The notes below the pieces were generated by a model that made no database searches, was not told the origin of the DNA, and was given only the letters and a program-made list of their open reading frames with translations. Shown one piece after another: positions 1 to 12,165 of a DNA stretch of 64,000 bases. The stretch is from Escherichia phage Ptacy1496, in sequence record PQ863253.1; one strand, given 5' to 3'. Numbering within the stretch: position 1 is the stretch's first letter; each line of letters starts with the position of its first letter. Position numbers and translations under genes: made by a program.

Positions 1-555
<555 letters not shown>

Positions 556-583
556 TATTAAAGCATATTAAAGAGGATTAAAA

Positions 584-2563
584 ATGACTTTATTATCTCC
601 GGGCATTGAGCTCAAAGAAACTACGGTTCAAAGCACCGTGGTTAATAACTCTACTGGTACAGCAGCTTTGGCCGGTAAATTCCAGTGGGGTCCTGCTTTT
701 CAGATTAAACAGGTTACAAACGAAGTAGATTTAGTTAATACTTTTGGTCAACCTACAGCTGAAACTGCTGACTATTTTATGTCTGCAATGAATTTCTTAC
801 AATATGGAAATGATTTGCGAGTTGTGCGCGCTGTCGATAGAGATACCGCTAAAAACTCATCTCCGATTGCTGGTAATATTGAATACACAATTTCTACCCC
901 AGGTAGTAACTACGCGGTTGGAGATAAAATCACGGTCAAATATGTTTCAGAAGATGTTGAAACAGAAGGTAAAATTACCGAAGTAGATGCTGATGGAAAA
1001 ATTAAGAAAATTAATATTCCTACTGCAAAAATTATTGCTAAAGCTAAAGAAGTTGGCGAATACCCAACATTAGGTTCTAACTGGACTGCAGAAATTTCTT
1101 CATCTTCTTCCGGTTTAGCTGCAGTAATAACTCTTGGAAAAATTATTACTGATTCTGGTATTTTATTAGCTGAAATTGAAAATGCTGAAGCTGCTATGAC
1201 AGCGGTTGACTTTCAAGCAAATCTCGAAAAATACGGAATTCCAGGAGTAGTAGCTCTTTATCCAGGCGAATTAGGCGATAAAATTGAAATTGAAATCGTA
1301 TCTAAAGCTGACTATGCAAAAGGAGCTTCTGCATTACTCCCAATTTATCCGGGCGGTGGTACTCGCGCATCTACTGCTAAAGCAGTGTTTGGATATGGAC
1401 CACAAACTGATTCACAGTACGCTATTATAGTTCGTCGAAATGATGCTATTGTTCAAAGCGTTGTTCTTTCAACTAAGCGTGGTGAAAAAGATATTTACGA
1501 TAGTAACATCTATATCGATGACTTTTTCGCAAAAGGTGGTTCAGAATATATTTTTGCAACTGCACAAAACTGGCCAGAAGGATTCTCTGGAATTTTAACT
1601 CTGTCTGGTGGATTATCATCAAATGCTGAAGTAACAGCAGGAGATTTGATGGAAGCTTGGGACTTCTTTGCTGACCGTGAATCTGTTGACGTTCAGTTGT
1701 TTATTGCGGGTTCTTGTGCCGGTGAATCTTTAGAAACAGCATCTACTGTCCAAAAACACGTCGTTTCAATTGGAGATGCTCGCCAAGATTGCTTAGTATT
1801 GTGCTCACCACCGCGTGAAACTGTTGTTGGAATTCCTGTAACTCGTGCTGTTGATAACTTAGTCAATTGGAGAACCGCATCAGGTTCATACACTGATAAT
1901 AACTTTAATATCAGTTCAACCTATGCAGCAATTGATGGTAACTACAAGTATCAGTATGACAAATATAATGATGTGAATCGTTGGGTTCCATTAGCAGCTG
2001 ATATTGCTGGTTTGTGTGCAAGAACTGATAACGTTTCTCAGACTTGGATGTCTCCAGCTGGTTATAATCGTGGTCAGATTCTTAACGTTATTAAACTTGC
2101 TATTGAAACTCGCCAGGCGCAGCGCGACCGTTTATACCAAGAAGCTATCAACCCGGTAACCGGTACAGGTGGTGATGGTTACGTATTGTATGGTGATAAA
2201 ACAGCTACTTCTGTTCCTTCTCCATTTGATCGTATTAACGTTCGTCGTCTGTTTAATATGTTGAAAACGAATATCGGACGTAGTTCAAAATATCGTTTAT
2301 TCGAATTAAACAACGCGTTTACTCGTTCATCATTCCGCACAGAAACTGCCCAATACTTACAGGGAATTAAAGCTCTCGGTGGAATTTATGAATATCGTGT
2401 AGTTTGCGATACAACAAATAACACTCCGTCAGTAATTGATAGAAATGAGTTTGTTGCAACATTCTACATCCAACCGGCTCGTAGTATAAATTATATCCAA
2501 CTTAATTTCGTCGCAACTGCTACCGGTGCAGATTTCGATGAGTTAACTGGTCTTGCAGGTTAA
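584..2563 (+). CDS. 18: Tail sheath protein gp18
   Basis: 659 aa, same length as T4 gp18; ATG 584 preceded by AAGAGGA; late promoter TATAAATA upstream. Confidence 0.95.
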   Translation: MTLLSPGIELKETTVQSTVVNNSTGTAALAGKFQWGPAFQIKQVTNEVDLVNTFGQPTAETADYFMSAMNFLQYGNDLRVVRAVDRDTAKNSSPIAGNIEYTISTPGSNYAVGDKITVKYVSEDVETEGKITEVDADGKIKKINIPTAKIIAKAKEVGEYPTLGSNWTAEISSSSSGLAAVITLGKIITDSGILLAEIENAEAAMTAVDFQANLEKYGIPGVVALYPGELGDKIEIEIVSKADYAKGASALLPIYPGGGTRASTAKAVFGYGPQTDSQYAIIVRRNDAIVQSVVLSTKRGEKDIYDSNIYIDDFFAKGGSEYIFATAQNWPEGFSGILTLSGGLSSNAEVTAGDLMEAWDFFADRESVDVQLFIAGSCAGESLETASTVQKHVVSIGDARQDCLVLCSPPRETVVGIPVTRAVDNLVNWRTASGSYTDNNFNISSTYAAIDGNYKYQYDKYNDVNRWVPLAADIAGLCARTDNVSQTWMSPAGYNRGQILNVIKLAIETRQAQRDRLYQEAINPVTGTGGDGYVLYGDKTATSVPSPFDRINVRRLFNMLKTNIGRSSKYRLFELNNAFTRSSFRTETAQYLQGIKALGGIYEYRVVCDTTNNTPSVIDRNEFVATFYIQPARSINYIQLNFVATATGADFDELTGLAG

Positions 2564-2575
2564 TTGATTGATTGT

Positions 2576-2589
2576 GGGGCTTCGGCCCC
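2576..2589 (+). terminator. Stable UUCG-tetraloop hairpin after gene 18
   Basis: GGGGC-TTCG-GCCCC followed by TATTCTC. Confidence 0.6.
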
Positions 2590-2654
2590 TATTCTCGAGG
2601 AAACAAGTGATTATTTCTAAGTTTGTTACAATAAAACCAAGAAATCATTCAAAA

Positions 2655-3212
2655 ATGTGGTCGACAATTCTGGGATATAAAGTATCATATCATGATACAA
2701 TATCTGTTCCAATAGAATTAATGCCAAAGAATAGTAATAAAATAGTTGACGCTAAATGTGATTTGTGTGGTATTAAATTTAGTAGAAGCATTCAGCTTTT
2801 AAATAGAACACCCACGCATGCATGTAGAAAATGTAGCATTAAACAAGTTGCTATTAAAAATTCGGAAGTCCAATCTGGAATAAGTAGACCATGGCAAAGA
2901 GGCGATAAACATCCTCGATGGACTGGTAAAAGAAAAGAGTTTGCATTATATGCTAGTAGAGTTCATTCTATAACTAAGTCAGCTAAAATAAGAAAAATCT
3001 GGTCAAAATGGCCAAATGCTGATAAAATAGGAGTGTGTGGTGTAGAAGGTGCTTACCAACTTGATCATAAAGTATCTATCAAATATGGATTTGATAATTT
3101 AATTCCGCCAGAAATTATAGCAAGCGTAAAAAATTTAGAAATAATCACTTGGGAATCTAACCGAGAAAAGTCAAAAAGAAATAGCGTAGATCTTTGGGAT
3201 TTACTAGAATGA
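2655..3212 (+). CDS. Putative zinc-finger HNH homing endonuclease (free-standing, between 18 and 19)
   Basis: Two CxxC pairs (CDLCGIK, CRKCSIK) and HNH-like motif LDHKVSIKYGFDN...NLEIITWESNREKSK. Start uncertain: ORF opens at TTG 2568 inside the gene 18 terminator hairpin; GTG 2607 or ATG 2655 more plausible. Confidence 0.7.
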   Translation: MWSTILGYKVSYHDTISVPIELMPKNSNKIVDAKCDLCGIKFSRSIQLLNRTPTHACRKCSIKQVAIKNSEVQSGISRPWQRGDKHPRWTGKRKEFALYASRVHSITKSAKIRKIWSKWPNADKIGVCGVEGAYQLDHKVSIKYGFDNLIPPEIIASVKNLEIITWESNREKSKRNSVDLWDLLE

Positions 3213-3219
3213 TTCTAAA

Positions 3220-3237
3220 GGCCTGTTTCGACAGGCC
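3220..3237 (+). terminator. Hairpin after HNH gene
   Basis: GGCCTGT-TTCG-ACAGGCC. Confidence 0.55.
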
Positions 3238-3297
3238 ATATAAATACACTATATCCTTAATTCTTTAATTCTATATGCCCTAGGTTAAACATAGGGA

Positions 3298-3305
3298 TAT
3301 AAATA
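3298..3305 (+). promoter_or_regulatory. Late promoter TATAAATA upstream of gene 19
   Basis: Exact consensus 15 nt before ATG. Confidence 0.7.
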
Positions 3306-3319
3306 CTACAGAGGCTAAT

Positions 3320-3811
3320 ATGTTTGTAGATGATGTAACACGAGCGTTTGAATCTGGTGATTTTGCTCGACCTAACTTATTCCAAGTAGAAATTTCTTAT
3401 CTTGGACAAAATTTTACGTTTCAATGTAAAGCCACTGCTTTACCAGCTGGTATTGTAGAAAAAATTCCAGTCGGATTTATGAACCGTAAAATTAACGTAG
3501 CAGGCGATCGTACATTCGATGACTGGACTGTTACAGTAATGAACGATGAAGCTCATGATGCTCGCCAGAAGTTTGTTGATTGGCAAAGCATTGCTGCTGG
3601 TCAAGGAAACGAAATTACTGGTGGAAAACCTGCAGAGTATAAAAAGAGCGCTATTGTTCGTCAATATGCTCGTGATGCTAAAACAGTAACAAAAGAAATT
3701 GAAATTAAAGGTCTGTGGCCTACTAACGTGGGTGAACTTCAATTAGATTGGGATTCAAACAATGAAATCCAAACCTTTGAAGTAACTCTTGCTCTCGATT
3801 ATTGGGAATAA
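3320..3811 (+). CDS. 19: Tail tube protein gp19
   Basis: 163 aa, T4 gp19 length; late promoter TATAAATA at 3298-3305. Confidence 0.95.
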   Translation: MFVDDVTRAFESGDFARPNLFQVEISYLGQNFTFQCKATALPAGIVEKIPVGFMNRKINVAGDRTFDDWTVTVMNDEAHDARQKFVDWQSIAAGQGNEITGGKPAEYKKSAIVRQYARDAKTVTKEIEIKGLWPTNVGELQLDWDSNNEIQTFEVTLALDYWE

Positions 3812-3816
3812 AATGA

Positions 3817-3834
3817 ATGGGGAGAAATCCCCAT
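3817..3834 (+). terminator. GNRA-tetraloop hairpin after gene 19 (RNA stability element or weak terminator)
   Basis: ATGGGGA-GAAA-TCCCCAT, no strong U-run. Confidence 0.45.
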
Positions 3835-3843
3835 CCTGCTTAA

Positions 3844-5458
<1,615 letters not shown>

Positions 5459-5459
<1 letters not shown>

Positions 5460-5698
5460 TGGAAGGTTTAATTGAAGCTATTAAATCAAACGACCTCGTA
5501 GCCGCTCGTAAATTATTTGCTGAAGCCATGGCTGCAAGAACGACTGATTTAATTAAAGAAGAAAAAATCGCTATCGCTCGTAATTTCTTAATCGAAGGTG
5601 AAGAACCTGATGACGAGGATGATGACGAAGACGAAGATAGTGATGATAAAGACGACAAAAAAGACAAAGACTCTGACGAAGACGAGGATGATGAATAA
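5459..5698 (+). CDS. 67: Prohead core protein gp67 (acidic C-terminus)
   Basis: 79 aa, D/E-rich tail, position between 20 and 68. Confidence 0.9.
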
Positions 5699-6123
5699 TG
5701 CTTCTGATCCCTGAAACTCATGAATTAGTTCTCGAGAATGTCGAAGCACTTATTCCTGAAGCACAGGGTCGCTTTGACGAATTGTCTTCTGCTTTAAATA
5801 AAGACGATATAAATACAATTGTCGAGAATATGCTTGATGATGAAACTGATTTAGCGGTTGCATTAGCTTCTATTAATGAAAATATGCCGTTAAATGAATT
5901 TATCGTTAAACATGTTTCTGCCCGTGGTGAAATTACTCGCACTAAAGATCGCAAAACCCGCGAACGTAATGCATTTCAAACTACCGGGTTGTCTAAAGCA
6001 AAACGTAGACAAATTGCTCGTAAAGCTACCAAAACGAAGATTGCCAATCCAGCAGGTCAATCTCGTGCTCAGCGTAAGCGTAAAAAAGCTCTTAAACGCC
6101 GTAAAGCATTAGGATTAAGCTAA
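5698..6123 (+). CDS. 68: Prohead core protein gp68
   Basis: 141 aa, T4 gp68 length and position. Confidence 0.9.
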
Positions 6124-6761
6124 TGAATGAACCCCAATTACTAATTGAAACTTGGGGTCAACCTGGCGAAATTATTGATGGCGTACCAATGCTTGAATCT
6201 CATGATGGAAAAGACTTAGGTTTAAAACCGGGTTTATACATCGAAGGAATATTCATGCAAGCGGAAGTCGTCAATAGAAATAAACGTCTTTATCCAAAAC
6301 GTATATTAGAAAAAGCGGTAAAAGACTATATTAATGAGCAAGTTTTAACTAAACAAGCTCTCGGAGAATTAAATCATCCTCCACGCGCTAATGTTGACCC
6401 GATGCAAGCCGCTATCATTATAGAAGATATGTGGTGGAAAGGAAATGACGTATACGGACGAGCTCGTGTTATTGAAGGTGACCACGGTCCTGGAGATAAA
6501 TTAGCAGCTAATATTCGTGCCGGATGGATTCCAGGAGTTTCTTCTCGTGGATTAGGTTCATTGACTGACACAAATAAAGGTTATCGTATCGTAAACGAAG
6601 GATTCAAATTAACTGTAGGTGTTGATGCAGTATGGGGTCCAAGTGCTCCAGATGCATGGGTAACTCCTAAGGAAATTACCGAATCACAGACGGCGGAAGC
6701 CGATACAAGTGCCGATGACGCCTATATGGCTCTCGCAGAGGCCATGAAAAAAGCGTTATAA
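6123..6761 (+). CDS. 21: Prohead core protease gp21
   Basis: 212 aa, T4 gp21 length; position between 68 and 22. Confidence 0.93.
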   Translation: MNEPQLLIETWGQPGEIIDGVPMLESHDGKDLGLKPGLYIEGIFMQAEVVNRNKRLYPKRILEKAVKDYINEQVLTKQALGELNHPPRANVDPMQAAIIIEDMWWKGNDVYGRARVIEGDHGPGDKLAANIRAGWIPGVSSRGLGSLTDTNKGYRIVNEGFKLTVGVDAVWGPSAPDAWVTPKEITESQTAEADTSADDAYMALAEAMKKAL

Positions 6762-6764
6762 ATA
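6757..6764 (+). promoter_or_regulatory. Late promoter TATAAATA upstream of gene 22
   Basis: Exact consensus about 28 nt before ATG. Confidence 0.7.
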
Positions 6765-6791
6765 TTATTATCTAAACAACAGGACTACAAA

Positions 6792-7601
6792 ATGCTTAAA
6801 GAACAACTGATTGCCGAAGCGCAGAAAATTGATGCTTCCGTTGCTCTTGATAGTATTTTCGAATCAGTTAATATTTCTCCGGAAGCAAAAGAAACTTTCG
6901 GCACTGTATTCGAAGCTACCGTCAAGCAGCACGCCGTTAAATTAGCTGAATCTCATATCGCTAAAATTGCTGAAAAAGCAGAAGAAGAAGTAGAAAAAAA
7001 TAAAGAAGAAGCAGAAGAAAAAGCTGAGAAGAAAATCGCTGAGCAAGCTTCTAAATTCCTTGACCATCTTGCAAAAGAATGGCTCACTGAAAATAAATTA
7101 GCAGTAGATAAAGGTATCAAAGCCGAACTGTTTGAATCCATGCTTGGTGGATTGAAAGAGCTCTTCGTTGAACACAACGTTGTTGTTCCAGAAGAATCAG
7201 TTGATGTTGTAGCTGAAATGGAAGAAGAACTGCAAGAACATAAAGAAGAATCAGCTCGTCTGTTCGAAGAACTCAATAAGCGTGACGCATATATCAATTA
7301 TGTGCAGCGTGAAGTGGCATTGAGCGAAAGTACTAAAGATCTGACTGAGTCTCAAAAAGAAAAAGTCTCTGCTCTGGTCGAAGGTATGGATTATTCAGAT
7401 GCATTCTCAAGTAAATTGAGTGCAATCGTAGAAATGGTGAAGAAATCTAATAAAGATGAAAGCACTATTACTGAGAGTATAAATACTCCTGATACTGAAG
7501 CAGCCGGACTGAATTTCGTCACTGAAGCTGTAGAAGATAAATCTGCACAAGGTGCAGAAGATATTGTAAGTGTATATGCGAAAGTCGCATCTCGTTTCTA
7601 A
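6792..7601 (+). CDS. 22: Prohead scaffold protein gp22
   Basis: 269 aa, highly charged coiled-coil protein; late promoter at 6757-6764. Confidence 0.93.
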   Translation: MLKEQLIAEAQKIDASVALDSIFESVNISPEAKETFGTVFEATVKQHAVKLAESHIAKIAEKAEEEVEKNKEEAEEKAEKKIAEQASKFLDHLAKEWLTENKLAVDKGIKAELFESMLGGLKELFVEHNVVVPEESVDVVAEMEEELQEHKEESARLFEELNKRDAYINYVQREVALSESTKDLTESQKEKVSALVEGMDYSDAFSSKLSAIVEMVKKSNKDESTITESINTPDTEAAGLNFVTEAVEDKSAQGAEDIVSVYAKVASRF

Positions 7602-7619
7602 TTTTAAAGGTTAACACAA

Positions 7620-9185
7620 ATGACTATCAAAACTAAAGCTGAACTTTTGAACAAATGGAAGCCATTACTGGAAGGTGAAGGTTTACCGGAAATTGCTAAT
7701 AGCAAACAAGCGATTATCGCTAAAATCTTTGAAAACCAGGAAAAAGATTTCCAGACAGCTCCGGAATATAAAGACGAAAAAATTGCTCAGGCATTCGGTT
7801 CTTTCTTAACAGAAGCTGAAATCGGTGGTGACCACGGTTACAATGCTACCAACATCGCCGCAGGTCAGACTTCTGGCGCAGTAACTCAGATTGGCCCAGC
7901 TGTTATGGGTATGGTACGTCGTGCTATTCCTAACCTGATTGCTTTCGATATTTGTGGTGTTCAGCCAATGAACAGCCCGACTGGCCAGGTATTCGCGCTG
8001 CGCGCAGTATATGGTAAAGATCCAATCGCTTCCGGCGCTAAAGAAGCATTCCACCCAATGTATGGTCCAGATGCAATGTTCTCTGGTCAGGGTGCTGCTA
8101 AGAAATTCGCTGCTTTGAAAGCAAGTGATACTCTTGAAGTCGGAACTATTTACACTCACTTCTTCCAGGAAACTGGTACAGTATATCTGCAAGCTACAGC
8201 AGCTAAACAAATTGATTCAGGCGCATCTGACGCAGACAAATTAGATGCTGAAATTAAGAAACAAATGGAAGCTGGTGTACTGGTAGAAATCGCTGAAGGT
8301 ATGGCTACTTCTATCGCTGAACTTCAGGAAGGTTTCAACGGTTCTACCGATAACCCATGGAATGAAATGGGCTTCCGTATCGATAAACAAGTTATCGAAG
8401 CTAAATCTCGTCAGCTGAAAGCTGCTTACTCTATTGAATTAGCACAAGACCTTCGCGCTGTTCACGGTATGGATGCTGATGCTGAACTGTCTGGTATTCT
8501 GGCTACCGAAATTATGCTGGAAATCAACCGTGAAGTTGTTGATTGGATTAACTACTCAGCTCAGGTTGGTAAATCTGGTATGACCCTGACTCCGGGTTCT
8601 AAAGCTGGTGTATTTGACTTCCAGGACCCAATCGATATTCGTGGTGCTCGCTGGGCAGGTGAATCCTTTAAAGCTCTGTTGTTCCAGATTGACAAAGAAG
8701 CAGTTGAAATTGCTCGTCAGACTGGTCGCGGCGAAGGTAACTTCATTATCGCTTCCCGTAACGTAGTTAACGTTCTGGCTTCAGTTGATACCGGCATTTC
8801 TTATGCTGCACAAGGTCTGGCTACTGGCTTTAACACTGATACTACCAAGTCAGTATTTGCTGGTGTTCTGGGTGGTAAATACCGTGTATATATCGACCAG
8901 TATGCTAAACAGGATTATTTCACTGTAGGTTATAAAGGTCCGAACGAAATGGATGCTGGTATTTACTACGCTCCATATGTAGCTCTGACTCCGCTGCGTG
9001 GTTCCGATCCGAAGAACTTCCAACCAGTAATGGGATTCAAAACTCGTTACGGTATCGGTATCAACCCATTTGCAGAATCCGCTGCTCAGGCTCCGGCTTC
9101 TCGCATCCAGAGCGGTATGCCTTCTATTCTGAATAGCCTTGGTAAAAACGCTTACTTCCGCCGTGTATATGTTAAAGGTATCTAA
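7620..9185 (+). CDS. 23: Major capsid protein gp23
   Basis: 521 aa, T4 gp23 length; followed by strong terminator hairpin. Confidence 0.97.
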   Translation: MTIKTKAELLNKWKPLLEGEGLPEIANSKQAIIAKIFENQEKDFQTAPEYKDEKIAQAFGSFLTEAEIGGDHGYNATNIAAGQTSGAVTQIGPAVMGMVRRAIPNLIAFDICGVQPMNSPTGQVFALRAVYGKDPIASGAKEAFHPMYGPDAMFSGQGAAKKFAALKASDTLEVGTIYTHFFQETGTVYLQATAAKQIDSGASDADKLDAEIKKQMEAGVLVEIAEGMATSIAELQEGFNGSTDNPWNEMGFRIDKQVIEAKSRQLKAAYSIELAQDLRAVHGMDADAELSGILATEIMLEINREVVDWINYSAQVGKSGMTLTPGSKAGVFDFQDPIDIRGARWAGESFKALLFQIDKEAVEIARQTGRGEGNFIIASRNVVNVLASVDTGISYAAQGLATGFNTDTTKSVFAGVLGGKYRVYIDQYAKQDYFTVGYKGPNEMDAGIYYAPYVALTPLRGSDPKNFQPVMGFKTRYGIGINPFAESAAQAPASRIQSGMPSILNSLGKNAYFRRVYVKGI

Positions 9186-9200
9186 TCTTTGACGATTTAA

Positions 9201-9229
9201 GGGACCTTCGGGTCCCTTTAGTTGTTTTT
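9201..9229 (+). terminator. Rho-independent terminator after gene 23
   Basis: GGGACC-TTCG-GGTCCC followed by TTTAGTTGTTTTT. Confidence 0.8.
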
Positions 9230-9233
9230 ATGG

Positions 9234-9241
9234 TATAAATA
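9234..9241 (+). promoter_or_regulatory. Late promoter TATAAATA upstream of gene 24
   Basis: Exact consensus just after gene 23 terminator. Confidence 0.7.
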
Positions 9242-9268
9242 AATCATATAAACTGAAAGGAAAGCGCA

Positions 9269-10552
9269 ATGGCTAAAATCAACGAACTTCTGCGCGAATC
9301 AACCACAACGAATAGCAACTCAATCGGTCGCCCAAATCTCGTTGCTTTGACTCGCGCTACCACTAAATTAATATATTCTGACATTGTAGCAACGCAAAGA
9401 ACTAATCAACCTGTTGCTGCTTTTTATGGTATCAAATACCTTAACCCAGACAATGAATTTACATTTAAAACTGGTGCTACTTATGCTGGCGAAGCTGGAT
9501 ATGTAGACCGAGAACAAATCACAGAATTAACAGAAGAGTCTAAATTAACTCTCAATAAGGGCGATTTATTCAAATATAATAATATCGTTTATAAAGTATT
9601 AGAAGATACACCATTTGCTGATATTGAAGAAAGCGATTTAGAATTAGCTCTTCAGATTGCAATTGTTCTTTTAAAGGTTCGTCTATTTTCTGACGCAGCG
9701 TCAACAAGCAAATTTGAAAGCTCTGATAGTGAAATTGCGGATGCTAGATTCCAGATTAATAAATGGCAAACCGCAGTTAAATCTCGTAAACTTAAAACTG
9801 GTATCACAGTTGAATTAGCACAAGATTTAGAAGCAAATGGATTCGATGCTCCTAATTTCTTGGAAGATTTGCTTGCAACTGAAATGGCAGATGAAATCAA
9901 TAAAGATATTCTGCAGTCTTTGATTACAGTGTCAAAACGCTATAAAGTTACAGGAATTACTGATACTGGATTCATCGATTTGAGTTATGCATCTGCACCT
10001 GAAGCTGGTCGTTCATTATACCGAATGGTATGTGAAATGGTTTCGCATATCCAAAAAGAATCAACTTATACAGCAACGTTCTGTGTTGCTTCAGCTCGTG
10101 CTGCTGCGATTCTTGCTGCATCAGGTTGGTTAAAACATAAACCAGAAGATGACAAATATCTTTCACAAAATGCCTACGGGTTCTTAGCTAATGGTTTACC
10201 GCTTTATTGCGATACCAACAGTCCATTAGATTATGTAATCGTTGGCGTAGTAGAAAATATTGGTGAAAAAGAAATTGTTGGATCAATTTTCTATGCTCCG
10301 TATACAGAAGGTCTTGACTTAGATGACCCTGAACATGTAGGTGCATTTAAAGTTGTAGTTGATCCAGAAAGTTTGCAGCCATCTATCGGTTTATTAGTTA
10401 GATATGCTTTATCTGCAAATCCTTACACTGTAGCAAAAGATGAAAAAGAAGCAAGAGTAATTGATGGTGGAGATATGGATAAAATGGCGGGTCGTTCAGA
10501 TTTGTCTGTTTTATTAGGTGTTAAGCTACCAAAAATTATCATTGATGAATAA
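9269..10552 (+). CDS. 24: Capsid vertex protein gp24
   Basis: 427 aa, gp23 paralog-like; late promoter at 9234-9241. Confidence 0.95.
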   Translation: MAKINELLRESTTTNSNSIGRPNLVALTRATTKLIYSDIVATQRTNQPVAAFYGIKYLNPDNEFTFKTGATYAGEAGYVDREQITELTEESKLTLNKGDLFKYNNIVYKVLEDTPFADIEESDLELALQIAIVLLKVRLFSDAASTSKFESSDSEIADARFQINKWQTAVKSRKLKTGITVELAQDLEANGFDAPNFLEDLLATEMADEINKDILQSLITVSKRYKVTGITDTGFIDLSYASAPEAGRSLYRMVCEMVSHIQKESTYTATFCVASARAAAILAASGWLKHKPEDDKYLSQNAYGFLANGLPLYCDTNSPLDYVIVGVVENIGEKEIVGSIFYAPYTEGLDLDDPEHVGAFKVVVDPESLQPSIGLLVRYALSANPYTVAKDEKEARVIDGGDMDKMAGRSDLSVLLGVKLPKIIIDE

Positions 10553-10558
10553 AACAAA

Positions 10559-10580
10559 GGGACCGAAAGGTCCCTTTTTA
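10559..10580. terminator. Bidirectional terminator between convergent genes 24 and rnlB
   Basis: GGGACC-GAAA-GGTCCC followed by TTTTTA; A-run on the other side. Confidence 0.75.
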
Positions 10581-10581
10581 T

Positions 10582-11586
10582 TTAACTTACCAATTCAATC
10601 CAAGCCGGACGAAGTACATCTTGTACCATTTTAACTAATTCCTTCTTAATCAAAGAAGGATTATCCGCTTGAGTTAGAGTAATACCTTCACGAGAAGTTT
10701 CTTCCAAAATATCTTGAACAGTTAGCCCCATCACCTTTCCAAAATCTTTTGGACCAATTTCACCAATTTTAGAAATAACGTTATTTACTCGGTTCAGTGT
10801 AACGTAACAAGCTAAAATTCCAACCAATTTGTTATCAGCTTCTGACAGTTCAACTTTAGCTTTAATAGGCTTATCAGACTTTTTCTTTTCACTAAATTTA
10901 GAGTTCTTGCATTTGATAGCTACGCGATTGCCATTAGGCATCCAAGAAGGATAACAAGGTTTCAATACATATCCTTCAGCGGTAAATACTTCGCCTTTTA
11001 CTTCAGCATTCCAAACGCATTTATTTGCATCAACTAATCCAGCATGGTCTACCGTAAAATTATAATCCTGGACGACAGAATCTAAATCATTTGGCAATTT
11101 AATAAGTTCTTCAAATTTACCACGACCTAAAAGTGGAGCCATTTTAAATTTAAATGTATTACAAAATGATTCCATCATATAATCATCGACATAAGTCACA
11201 TCACCACTTTCTGTAGTGACAATAATGTCAAATACATAAAAATCTTTATCGCCATAATCGACATTCTTCTGAATGCCAGGTCCAGCGAATTCACCAAAGA
11301 CTTGATAAGATACAACCGCTGAGGTTTCCATAATATCTTGTACTGCTTTAATAGAATCTTCGTAATTCTTTAGAATAATTTCATACCCAAAGAAATCTTC
11401 AGCAGGAAGAATCGGTCCAGTACGTTTAGCGCAAGTTACTTTATCACGCTCAATAATCAATGAGAAATTTGTGCCGTGAATCTTTTCACGAGCTACCCAC
11501 TCCCCACCAGTCAATCCCAAGCTATAAAGTTTTTCAATAAATTTAGAGTTGTAATGATTTTCAAGACTGCTATACTTTTTAAACAT
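10582..11586 (-). CDS. rnlB: RNA ligase 2 (RnlB)
   Basis: 334 aa, nucleotidyltransferase lysine motif EKIHGTN; T4 Rnl2 length. Confidence 0.92.
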   Translation of the reverse strand: MFKKYSSLENHYNSKFIEKLYSLGLTGGEWVAREKIHGTNFSLIIERDKVTCAKRTGPILPAEDFFGYEIILKNYEDSIKAVQDIMETSAVVSYQVFGEFAGPGIQKNVDYGDKDFYVFDIIVTTESGDVTYVDDYMMESFCNTFKFKMAPLLGRGKFEELIKLPNDLDSVVQDYNFTVDHAGLVDANKCVWNAEVKGEVFTAEGYVLKPCYPSWMPNGNRVAIKCKNSKFSEKKKSDKPIKAKVELSEADNKLVGILACYVTLNRVNNVISKIGEIGPKDFGKVMGLTVQDILEETSREGITLTQADNPSLIKKELVKMVQDVLRPAWIELVS

Positions 11587-11595
11587 AATTAATCC

Positions 11596-11874
11596 TCAAA
11601 ATGTAATTTCTAACCAATCACCATCACGCTGATCACTATTGACTTTAAAGCTGAATCCTTCTTTTCTCAGCCAATCACCAATTTCTTCAGTAATCAATTT
11701 ATCACGAGCAATACAATAATAACTAAAATGTGTTTTACCTTGTTCAGCTGCTTTATTAGCAAGTTCCGAAAAATCTTTAATAAAACACTCTAGCTTAAAC
11801 TGTTTACTTTTAAGTGCTTTTTCGCGCAATTGATTAGCAAAAGATTCATTTTCATAAAGATCATACTGTTCCAT
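11596..11874 (-). CDS. Hypothetical protein (T4 24.2 position)
   Basis: 92 aa ORF, compact spacing with neighbours. Confidence 0.65.
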   Translation of the reverse strand: MEQYDLYENESFANQLREKALKSKQFKLECFIKDFSELANKAAEQGKTHFSYYCIARDKLITEEIGDWLRKEGFSFKVNSDQRDGDWLEITF

Positions 11875-12076
11875 TTTTCACCTTTTTATTGATATGTCTT
11901 TTTCTATAGACGACTTTTTCTCGAGTTTCAAATTTATTTTTAGCAGTCATAGCTCGAGCCCATAATACAGCCACTTCTTTTGCCTGTAAGTTTAATTCAC
12001 GAGCAATTTCAATGAATGACTTTCCAGACTCATGAAGAGTAAACACCACAACCTCAGTTCTCATAATCAATCTCAT
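11861..12076 (-). CDS. Small putative helix-turn-helix protein (T4 24.3 position)
   Basis: 71 aa; HTH-like segment SGKSFIEIARELNLQAKEVAVLW; basic C-terminus. Confidence 0.6.
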   Translation of the reverse strand: MRLIMRTEVVVFTLHESGKSFIEIARELNLQAKEVAVLWARAMTAKNKFETREKVVYRKRHINKKVKNGTV

Positions 12077-12135
12077 GTTATCGAGTTGGTGCCATTATAT
12101 ACATCATTTTCTGATTGTGTTTTGTGTGCTTTCAA

Positions 12136-12159
12136 AATGAAGAAAGGGGCCGAAGCCCC
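12136..12159 (-). terminator. Terminator after hoc (minus strand)
   Basis: GGGGC-CGAA-GCCCC with U-rich tract on minus strand. Confidence 0.65.
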
Positions 12160-12165
12160 TTATGA

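Noticed and set aside
6953-7297. 114-aa Ser-rich minus-strand ORF inside gene 22
   Set aside because: Antisense artefact of the GAA/GAG-rich scaffold gene; low-complexity translation.
7806-8210. 134-aa minus-strand ORF inside gene 23
   Set aside because: Embedded antisense in the major capsid gene, no RBS, T4 has no gene here.
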